Below are positions 16,808-23,973 of a stretch of 64,000 nt of DNA, piece by piece. The first letter of the stretch is position 1. Every line of letters begins with the position of its first letter. The DNA lies in the IMG/VR virus record IMGVR_UViG_3300044694_000082, positions 40,345-104,344 of that record, one strand, 5' to 3'. The translations under genes were made by a program, and so were the position numbers. Under the pieces are notes generated by a model, which ran no database searches, was not told the origin of the DNA, and was given only the letters and a program-made list of their open reading frames with translations. The DNA is from a virus (taxonomy: Duplodnaviria; Caudoviricetes).

Positions 16808-17325
16808 GACGGGTCGGGGCGGGGGTTGACGCACTCCGGCCGAAACCGGGGGTTGACACACTCCGCCCCGACGCACTGTCTTGCGACCCGTTCGCTAAGC
16901 GTCCGGGCCTTGCCCCAGGGAACGGCTTGCTAGGCCGCACCCCGGAGAAACGTTGGCGTATCCCTGGACACACTCCCGCGTAGCATGCGCACGACTCCCG
17001 TCGCTGAACGCTTAGCCCTCACGCATCTCACAGGTACCGACGCACTCCGAAAAACCGGGGGTCGGGCCGCTCGACCGTGGGCAGGGGGTCCCGAGCACAG
17101 GACGCACCTGTGCTTACAAGGGATCTTGACTCACTGTTCAGTTAACAATGGGCACGACGTGCCCGCGCATGTCCCGACCAAGGGACGTTCTGTCGACGCA
17201 CTCACCCTCCGGGGAGGGCGGGGTCAACCGCCGTCGGTAAAGCTGGGGGTGACACGTGGTCACCATGGGAACCGGTACAGGACCGGCACCCGTGGCAACC
17301 CCGGTAACCGGGGCGCCCCGTAGGG
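16808..17325 (-). ncRNA. Large structured non-coding RNA or leader with repeated AGUGY/CC internal loops
   Basis: No credible ORF; nested stems with G-U pairs on the minus strand; GNRA (GCAA, GGGA) and UNCG (UACG, UUCG) loops; GACRCACT x6. Confidence 0.65.
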
Positions 17326-17754
17326 CTAGGCAGAGACGCTCTCCCTGTGCGCCCGTTCCATGGTCATCAGGGTCATGGCCAGGTCACGGAGGGACTGGAG
17401 GCCCAAGGCTCCGGCATCGGCCAGCATGCTGGCCAGGGTGTCGGGGGTGGACTCCGACAGGCGCACCATGGCGTCGAGTGCCAGCCTGCGCTGGCGTCCC
17501 GTCATGCCCTCCGCCCCACCCTGGCCCTTGTCGATCATGGACCAGGCTTGCAGGTAGGCGCCCGACTCGGCCAGGGTGGGGACCGGGTACGGGTCACGCC
17601 CCACGCTGGCCACAGCGTCGATCACACGACCCAGCTTGGTGAAGTGATCATCCTCGGACTCGCCCGGGGTGGGGATCATCGACGGAGCCTCATTGATCAC
17701 CATCTTGGGGCGCCTGGCGATCTTGCGCAGCACGGAGCTAGGGCTGGCCTTCAT
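17326..17754 (-). CDS. Hypothetical protein, likely first gene of the early transcript
   Basis: GAGAGGA RBS; TGnTAGACT -10-like element at 17830-17838. Confidence 0.6.
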   Translation of the reverse strand: MKASPSSVLRKIARRPKMVINEAPSMIPTPGESEDDHFTKLGRVIDAVASVGRDPYPVPTLAESGAYLQAWSMIDKGQGGAEGMTGRQRRLALDAMVRLSESTPDTLASMLADAGALGLQSLRDLAMTLMTMERAHRESVSA

Positions 17755-17875
17755 GATCTTGATCCTCTCGGTCGGTCCTGCGGTGGTGGTGCCCGGGGCC
17801 GGTGGCCCCTTCTCTCTTGCTCTGCCCCTAGTCTACACCCTGACGGCCCGATTGGGGCACGGAAAGGGCACGAGG

Positions 17876-17894
17876 AGGTCACGGTTAGGTCACG
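17876..17894. promoter_or_regulatory. GTCAC-n6-GTCAC direct-repeat box, copy 2
   Basis: Identical 19-mer to 12591-12609; about 40 bp upstream of the TAGACT -10. Confidence 0.6.
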
Positions 17895-18086
17895 ACTGGA
17901 TGAGCGGGGTGGTGCTCAGATGAGCGCTCACATGATCGATGAGCCGCTCACCTGAGCGGAGGGGATTAAAGATGCAAATCGGACATCTCTGACAATTACC
18001 TCAAAAGCGTACAAATCGGGCGGGTCGGTACCGTGAGAAATATATGGGTCAGTACAACCTATAGCGATCCCGACAAATGCCACATA

Positions 18087-18284
18087 TCACCCCGGCCCCC
18101 TCCGGTGCTTCCCGCCCACCTCGATCACCACGTGCGGACACCCCGGACACGAGTACAGCCGCTGCGTGCCGATCCACCGCCAGCCCAGCCACCACAGCTC
18201 CTTGTAGCCCCCAGGACCGGGCTCGGGCAGCAGGACACCACACCGTCTGCAGTGAGGCCCCTCAGGGCCGCTGTGGCCGCTCAT
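18087..18284 (-). CDS. Small Zn-finger hypothetical protein
   Basis: CRRC...CPGC. Confidence 0.4.
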   Translation of the reverse strand: MSGHSGPEGPHCRRCGVLLPEPGPGGYKELWWLGWRWIGTQRLYSCPGCPHVVIEVGGKHRRGPG

Positions 18285-18689
18285 GGCCGCCAGGGTAGAG
18301 GATGCCGTCCGGGTCCCGCCGTCGGACGGCCGCTCCAGGGTCACCGGCGCCCGACCCTCCAACAGATCCACCGACACCGGTACATGGCGAGAGCTACGTG
18401 AGGCGCGTGCTGCGCAGTCACGCACGGGACGCCTCTGTCCAGCAGGTTACCGCGAGCATCGTCTGCACACCGTAGAATTCCTGCCCGCGGCGGCTACCGG
18501 AACAGCCGCCGTCCCGCCTTCCGCCCGGCTCCGTGCTCTGGTCGCCGGGCGGTCGTGCGTTTGCGGCCGGGCAACCCCCACGCTTACGGCGGTCCAGCGG
18601 CCGTCATGCCTGCCGGGCCCCACGCTTACGGCGGCGCGAGCCCGTCGCATACGGCGGCTCCTACGGTATTGACGGATCGGGTTATCGCC

Positions 18690-18922
18690 TCATGCCGCTG
18701 CGGGCTCCTCGCCCCACAGCCGCTCCATCAGCACCGAGCCGATGTGGCCGTGTTCGGCAAGGTACTCCAGCGCGTCGCCGTGGATGAAGGTGACGCCTTC
18801 TGGGCGGTTGCGTGCGGGGATGGGGCGGATGTCGACGCCGGTGACGTCGAACCCGCCAGCTGGTAGCCGTACCCGGCACCGTACTGGCCGCAGAACAGGT
18901 CCAGCAGGCGTGGCCGTGACAT
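18690..18922 (-). pseudogene. C5-cytosine DNA methyltransferase remnant
   Basis: MSRPRLLDLFCG..GAGYGY..AG, frameshift, then FDVTGVDI...DALEYLAEHGH; stops before any PC catalytic motif. Confidence 0.8.
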
Positions 18923-19004
18923 GAGAACACCCCCTGCGATCTTTGATTCGATCGTAGGGGGTGCAATGTGTCTTGTAATCCAAGACGCCAGGGCGCGGAG
19001 GTGG

Positions 19005-19283
19005 TTAAGAATCCACGGCCTCGGGCTCGATGTTCAGTACTGCGGCGCTGGGCGAGTGGACGATCAGCCCCTCGGGGTAGCGCACGAGGAACCAGCCCGG
19101 CGGCAGCGCGACCGGATCGCCCTCGGCGTTGTGCACGGTCAGGCGGTCGCCGTGGACGGTGATGAGGTCCTGGCCGATCCACTCACGAAGCTCCGGGGTG
19201 ATGCTGCCCGGCCAGACGCGGACGTCCACGAGCTTGCGGGTGGTCCAGTGCAGGCCGTCGGGGATGTGGGTGGTGGTCGTCAT
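19005..19283 (-). CDS. Hypothetical phage protein
   Basis: SAS-like RBS. Confidence 0.65.
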   Translation of the reverse strand: MTTTTHIPDGLHWTTRKLVDVRVWPGSITPELREWIGQDLITVHGDRLTVHNAEGDPVALPPGWFLVRYPEGLIVHSPSAAVLNIEPEAVDS

Positions 19284-19325
19284 GATGTCGTTCCTTGTCA
19301 TCGAAGACGCCGCTCGGGCGCCCTG

Positions 19326-19628
19326 TTACGAATCAGAGGTGCGGGGTGGGGTGTGGCCTGTCTTTGCGGCGTCCACGGGGATGAACAGGCAGCCGTACAT
19401 GTCGGGGTGATTCTCCCGCAGGTGCGCCTGCTTCTGCGCCTGGCCGCCGGTGACGACCGGCTCGGTACAACCGGCGGCCCCGCACATGAAGGTACCTGTC
19501 TCCTCGGTCATGGCTGTCTCCTCGGTGCGCAGGGTCAGTTCCTCCAGGCGTGCGGCGAGGTCGCCCTCCCACCGGCTGGGCCACCGGGCCTGGATCATCG
19601 CCGCGGTGGCCCGCAGCTCCTGGCTCAC
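19326..19628 (-). CDS. Hypothetical protein (alternative start 19511)
   Basis: GTG coupled to upstream stop; CxxxxC...H motif. Confidence 0.5.
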   Translation of the reverse strand: MSQELRATAAMIQARWPSRWEGDLAARLEELTLRTEETAMTEETGTFMCGAAGCTEPVVTGGQAQKQAHLRENHPDMYGCLFIPVDAAKTGHTPPRTSDS

Positions 19629-20020
19629 CACGGCTTGCCCTCCGGGTACGGCAGGGCGTGCCAGGTGCCGTCCTCGGCGCGCTGGCGCTGGGTGTAGCGC
19701 TGGCCGTCGTCGTCCCAGCGCAGGAAGCCGCGCCCGTGGTCGCCGTCGTGTCCGGCCCGGATCGCACAGGTCACCGTCTCGATGCCATCCGAGATCGAGG
19801 ATGTGCAGACTGGTGTCCAGCCAGGCGCTCCGAACCGCTTGGTGCACGGCTCGCAGAGGCACAGGCCGTCGTGCCCGTCGTCGAGGGTGCACCAGCAGTC
19901 CCCGGTCTTCCACACGGTGCCGTCGGGGGCGGTGATCTGCGGAGGGGGTTCGGAGGCGCACTCCTCGACGGCTGCGATTCCGCAATACACCTCGGGGGTG
20001 ACGAGAGGTTCCCCGGTCAC
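19625..20020 (-). CDS. Cys/His-rich hypothetical protein
   Basis: Repeated C-x4-GHDG motifs. Confidence 0.6.
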   Translation of the reverse strand: MTGEPLVTPEVYCGIAAVEECASEPPPQITAPDGTVWKTGDCWCTLDDGHDGLCLCEPCTKRFGAPGWTPVCTSSISDGIETVTCAIRAGHDGDHGRGFLRWDDDGQRYTQRQRAEDGTWHALPYPEGKPW

Positions 20021-20283
20021 GGCGTGATCCTGATCGCGGCCAGCTCGACGTCGCGGTGTATCTGGTCGTACAGCTCCTGCAGGCGCTGCATGGCCTTCAT
20101 GTCGGTGCGCTTCAGGGCGTTGCGGGCGGACAGCGGCAGCTCGCTCCAGCACTCGTAACACAGGTACATGTTCTTGCCCTTGACCGCTGTCTCGCAGGCA
20201 GGGCACATCGTGCTCACCATCGGTCGCATCCTTTCGAACAGGCGCCGCAGTAGGTCCGGCAGGTACGGCATGGGCAGCCGCAC
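20017..20283 (-). CDS. Zn-finger hypothetical protein (start uncertain)
   Basis: CPAC...CYECW. Confidence 0.6.
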   Translation of the reverse strand: MRLPMPYLPDLLRRLFERMRPMVSTMCPACETAVKGKNMYLCYECWSELPLSARNALKRTDMKAMQRLQELYDQIHRDVELAAIRITP

Positions 20284-20508
20284 TTGGAACGGGTGAAGTG
20301 TTTGCGCAGCCAGCGCACCGCCCGCTTGCGCCAGGTCGGCCGCTGGACGAGGTGGCGGATGTCGACGGGCCCGTACGACATCCTGCTCACGACATGCCGG
20401 GCGGTTCGTTTTTCGGGAGGCTCTTGCTCTTCCATTTCTGCACCTGCTGGGTGTCGGCTGGTTCTAGGCTGTTCACGTTGTTGCCGATCGAGTCACCGGG
20501 AGAGTCTT

Positions 20509-20682
20509 GTGGTCATCCAGTCCGTGCCGCGCCGTCGGCCGTCCGTCATCGCCGCTGTTGCCACGCCGCTGACGGCTGCTCACACCGTGGAGCGTCAGCC
20601 TGCTGTGCAGCGGGTCCTGGACGGCAAGGAGTCGCCCGGCCGGGAGCCGCGGCGGCCGGTCACTTTCGACTCGGCGATCTGA
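20509..20682 (+). CDS. FxSxx-COOH (FxsA-like) RiPP precursor peptide, 57 aa
   Basis: GGGAGAG RBS + GTG; ...TPLTAA...AVQRVLD...RRPVTFDSAI-stop; TAGGCT -10 at 20465; fills an otherwise empty gap on the counter strand. Confidence 0.7.
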   Translation: MVIQSVPRRRPSVIAAVATPLTAAHTVERQPAVQRVLDGKESPGREPRRPVTFDSAI

Positions 20683-20694
20683 CGCGGCCGGACG

Positions 20695-21081
20695 TCACTC
20701 CCAGACCTCGTAGAACCAGGTGTCGGGGGTGACGTCCACGCCGTGGTTCTTCTTGGCCATGTCGCTCAGGTGGGTCCGCATGACGTCCAGCAGGGTCTTC
20801 ACCTCGGTGTCGTCGAGGGAGAGCCACCACTCGCGCGGCACCGGCCAGCGGTCTTCCAGGCGCCAGCCCGGGTAGTCGCTGTTGCGCCAGCGGAAGCCGA
20901 GCATCTCGTGCTCGGCCAGGTCCCGACGCCACTCTTTGAATCCGGTGAGCCAGCCCAGCTGGCGGTGCACGGTGCGCATCATCCAGCGGCGGGCGGCCTG
21001 GTGGTAGGCGGTGGTGTGCAGCAGCCAGTCGGAGCCGCCCCACTGCCGTCGCAGGCCGCATTCCTCGCAGACGTCATTCAC
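20695..21081 (-). CDS. Hypothetical Trp-rich protein
   Basis: GTGA coupling. Confidence 0.6.
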   Translation of the reverse strand: MNDVCEECGLRRQWGGSDWLLHTTAYHQAARRWMMRTVHRQLGWLTGFKEWRRDLAEHEMLGFRWRNSDYPGWRLEDRWPVPREWWLSLDDTEVKTLLDVMRTHLSDMAKKNHGVDVTPDTWFYEVWE

Positions 21082-21236
21082 GTGTCGTATCCCCGGGGTC
21101 CGGTCCATTCGGTGAAGCGGTTCAGCGGCAGGATCCGGACGTTGCGCTGGCCGGTCCACCGCCACAGGCCGCGGTGGGTGAATCCGTCGCCCGCCCAGTA
21201 CCAGTTGCGTCCCAGGCGGTACATGGGGCTGCTCAC
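21078..21236 (-). CDS. Small hypothetical protein
   Basis: GTGA coupling, GAGGA RBS. Confidence 0.5.
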   Translation of the reverse strand: MSSPMYRLGRNWYWAGDGFTHRGLWRWTGQRNVRILPLNRFTEWTGPRGYDT

Positions 21237-21541
21237 TCTTCCTCGCATTCGTGGTCGTCGATGCTGATGATGTCGCCGTCCTCGGTCATGAGCGTGGGTC
21301 CGTCTTCCTTGGTCCACCAGGCGTCGCCGGATGCCCCGCAGCTTCCGCACTCCCAGCGTCCGGCGATGGAGATGCCGCCGTAGCCGCCCGGGGTGTCGCC
21401 GCGCAGGTGACGGCGTTCGCACTCGTTCTCCTCGGGAACGGTCATGTGCGGGAGTTCGCAGATCTCGACGGGAGTGCTCCTGGTCATCATGTGGTCGATG
21501 TCCTCTTCGGTGAGGTCGGTGTCATCGGGTTCAGTGCTCAT
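21233..21541 (-). CDS. Acidic Zn-ribbon hypothetical protein
   Basis: ATGA coupling; CGSC. Confidence 0.6.
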   Translation of the reverse strand: MSTEPDDTDLTEEDIDHMMTRSTPVEICELPHMTVPEENECERRHLRGDTPGGYGGISIAGRWECGSCGASGDAWWTKEDGPTLMTEDGDIISIDDHECEEE

Positions 21542-21741
21542 ACGGTGATGTGGTGCCATCCGTCGCACAGCTCGCAGGGTTCCTCGGGGACGTGGGTCAT
21601 GGGCCTGTTGACGGCGCCGGGGCGGGCGATGGCGTTGAACGCGAGAGCGCGGCTGGCGAAGCGGTACCCCTTGGAGCACGTCTGCCGCTGGCCGAGGGTG
21701 CGGGCCGGGTAGCGCAGGGCGGGGCGGGGCCGTCGGCTCAC
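21538..21741 (-). CDS. Small Zn-binding hypothetical protein
   Basis: C...CELCDGWH. Confidence 0.55.
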   Translation of the reverse strand: MSRRPRPALRYPARTLGQRQTCSKGYRFASRALAFNAIARPGAVNRPMTHVPEEPCELCDGWHHITV

Positions 21742-22214
21742 AGGAGGATCCTCTCGACGTGGATGCCCAGGTTCTCCGCCAGGCGCATACAGCCGCGGGT
21801 GCCGTAGGAGGCGCCGTAGGGTGCGGCGATCAGGGCCTTCGGCGTGGGGGGCTTGGTGAGCATGCGCCGGTTGCGGCGCGGTCCGGCTCCGGGGCAGTAG
21901 TCCCTCGCCAGTCCCGGGTGGGCGGTGTCGCCGGGCTTCTTGCGGCGCCGGTGTGTGGGCGTGACGGGACACTCGGGTGCGCATTGGTCCCAGTCGGCGG
22001 GCATGGGGTCTGCGATGATGTTCATGGGCAGGCCGTACGTGGTGATCCAGTCATGTACGGCCTGGTCGGCGGAGTACTCACCCGGGCAGGCGCCGTGGCG
22101 GATGATCACGGGGCCGGTGATGTTGAGGATGATGTACTCGGCGAGGTGAGCGATGACGAGGCCGGTGTTCGGGTGGTCGCGGGAGCCGGTGAACGCCAGC
22201 ACGGTGGCGTTCAC
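21738..22214 (-). CDS. SLOG-superfamily (YspA/DUF2493-like) protein
   Basis: FTGSRD, HGAC...AD, AGPRRNRRM and GTRGCM motifs. Confidence 0.8.
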   Translation of the reverse strand: MNATVLAFTGSRDHPNTGLVIAHLAEYIILNITGPVIIRHGACPGEYSADQAVHDWITTYGLPMNIIADPMPADWDQCAPECPVTPTHRRRKKPGDTAHPGLARDYCPGAGPRRNRRMLTKPPTPKALIAAPYGASYGTRGCMRLAENLGIHVERILL

Positions 22215-22492
22215 GTAAGGCCCCGCCGTTTCGCGCAGCACTGACATAGCGCAACGTCCCAGTCGGTGTCGGTGTCGTACAGGCCGAGGCCCTCGTTGAA
22301 GAAGGTCAGGCGGCAGTCGTCGCACTGGTCCAGATCGGACGGGCACGACCTGCCGTTGCGGCGGGGCAGCCACACGTGCTCCAGACTGTCGCAGCCCCAG
22401 TTGTGGATGCGGATCAGGTCGCGCTGGTTGGTGAAGTGGTCCCCGCCTTCAGGGAGTTCCAGCCAGCGCTGCGCGTACGTGGACAGGGTCAC
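22211..22492 (-). CDS. Zn-finger hypothetical protein
   Basis: Coupled ORF; CxxC pairs. Confidence 0.55.
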   Translation of the reverse strand: MTLSTYAQRWLELPEGGDHFTNQRDLIRIHNWGCDSLEHVWLPRRNGRSCPSDLDQCDDCRLTFFNEGLGLYDTDTDWDVALCQCCAKRRGLT

Positions 22493-22728
22493 GCGGCGTC
22501 CCTCATCTCCGGCACGCTGATCTCGTGGATGCCGATGTCCCCGATGGCGATGGCGATGGAGGCGGCATGGGTGATGTTTTCGGCGCCGTACTGGCGGATG
22601 ATGATGGCGATCATCGATTCGGCCGTGTTCTTGGTGATGCCCATCTTCTGGGCGGCCTGGGCGTTGGTGTAGCCGTTGGCCTTGAGGACCATCAGCTCTC
22701 GCCGACGCGCAGAGAGTTCCTCGATCAC
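22489..22728 (-). CDS. LuxR/GerE-type HTH regulator
   Basis: LSARRRELMVLKANGYTNAQAAQKMGITKNTAE. Confidence 0.8.
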   Translation of the reverse strand: MIEELSARRRELMVLKANGYTNAQAAQKMGITKNTAESMIAIIIRQYGAENITHAASIAIAIGDIGIHEISVPEMRDAA

Positions 22729-23453
22729 GGCGCCACCCGCCCGTTCTTGTTGAAGGCCTCGTACGTCAGCGGCATGAGCTTCGCCCACTGGGCCTCCATC
22801 TTCTCGCCCACCATCTCGATCTCCCGCTGCGGGAAGGACGGCACCTTCGCGTCTGGGTGTGTCGTGCGCAGGCCCAGGAAGTGCATCAGCGAACGGGCGT
22901 TGCAGGTGGCGTACATGGAGGAGTAGATGTTCACCGGCAGGCACATGCGGGCGACCTCACGCGCCACACCGATGTCGAGGAGGCCGCGGTAGCTGTCGTA
23001 GGCGGCTGTGGAGAGCACCTTGAGGTTCATGTCGACGGCCACGGTCTGGGAGACGTTGCCGTCCTCGAACCGGTAGGAGCCCGGTTTGCCGACCTGGACG
23101 AGCTTGCGGCCGGGGCCCGGTATATAGAACACCGGTTCCATCTCCTTGTAGCGGCCGGACTCCTCGTTGTAGCTGAATCCGACCCGGTGGCGGTGGAACT
23201 CGCGGAAGACGAAGATCGGCGCCTGCACGAAGAAGGTCATCGAGTTGTGCTCGAAGGGCGAGCCGTGCCGGTCCCGCATCAGGTAGTTGATCAGGCCCTT
23301 GGCGCGGTCGCCGCCAGGATCGCCGTGCAGATCGTCGAGAGAGCCGCCGCCGAGCGTGGAGACCCGGGCGGCGGCGGTGACGTCGAGATCGGACGCGGTG
23401 TGCTTGACCAGTTCGACAGTGACGTCCGATCGAAAGGTCACGTGATGGCTCAT
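22725..23453 (-). CDS. thyX: FAD-dependent thymidylate synthase
   Basis: RHGSPFEH and RHRVGFSYNEESGRY ThyX motif. Confidence 0.97.
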   Translation of the reverse strand: MSHHVTFRSDVTVELVKHTASDLDVTAAARVSTLGGGSLDDLHGDPGGDRAKGLINYLMRDRHGSPFEHNSMTFFVQAPIFVFREFHRHRVGFSYNEESGRYKEMEPVFYIPGPGRKLVQVGKPGSYRFEDGNVSQTVAVDMNLKVLSTAAYDSYRGLLDIGVAREVARMCLPVNIYSSMYATCNARSLMHFLGLRTTHPDAKVPSFPQREIEMVGEKMEAQWAKLMPLTYEAFNKNGRVAP

Positions 23454-23965
23454 GCTGCACGCTCCAGCTCTGCCAGGTTGATAACGCCCTTGGGCCAGCG
23501 CATCGTGATGACCCTGGTGGTGTTGTAGTAGATCTTCCGGCAGCCGTCGCACGGTTCCTCGGTGACGAACAGCCGGGCGCCGGGCAGACGACGGCGGTCA
23601 TCGACGTCCAGAAGCGCGTTCAGTTCGGCGTGGGTACTGATGCATGCCCCGGGCCCCGTGTCGTAGGAGGAGCCCGGCTCGACCGCCTCCGAGCACGGCC
23701 AGCGTCTGCCGCAAGCGCAGACGTACCGGCCGAGGGCGTCCGCTGATACCGACGCCCCGGACACCGGCAGGTAGTGCCGTCCGCGGGGGCAGTCCCCGGC
23801 CAGGCAGCTCTTGCCGCCTGGCCGTGCCCCGTTGTATCCGGCGCCGATGATGCGGTTGTCGACGTCGAGGAGGACCGCGCCGACCTGGCGGCGGGTGCAG
23901 TCGCCGCGTACCTTGACTGCCTCGGCGACGCCCAGGCCGTACTCGTCCCAGGAGGGGCGCGTCAC
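23450..23965 (-). CDS. dCMP deaminase
   Basis: RPSWDEY, CTRRQVGA, GYNG, HAE and PCxxC. Confidence 0.93.
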   Translation of the reverse strand: MTRPSWDEYGLGVAEAVKVRGDCTRRQVGAVLLDVDNRIIGAGYNGARPGGKSCLAGDCPRGRHYLPVSGASVSADALGRYVCACGRRWPCSEAVEPGSSYDTGPGACISTHAELNALLDVDDRRRLPGARLFVTEEPCDGCRKIYYNTTRVITMRWPKGVINLAELERAA

Positions 23966-23973
23966 AAGGTGCC

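Noticed and set aside
17249-17263. Second BldD box or parS (GTGACACGTGGTCAC)
   Set aside because: Mismatches the central BldD positions and the parS arms; more likely an RNA hairpin.
17150-17325. Streptomyces linear-replicon telomere palindromes
   Set aside because: Internal location, no archetypal terminal sequence, no tpg/tap genes; G-U pairs and tetraloops fit RNA better.
17921-17932. LacI/CebR-type operator (TGAGCGCTCA)
   Set aside because: Only the core matches, and it is explained by the local TGAGC/GCTCA array.
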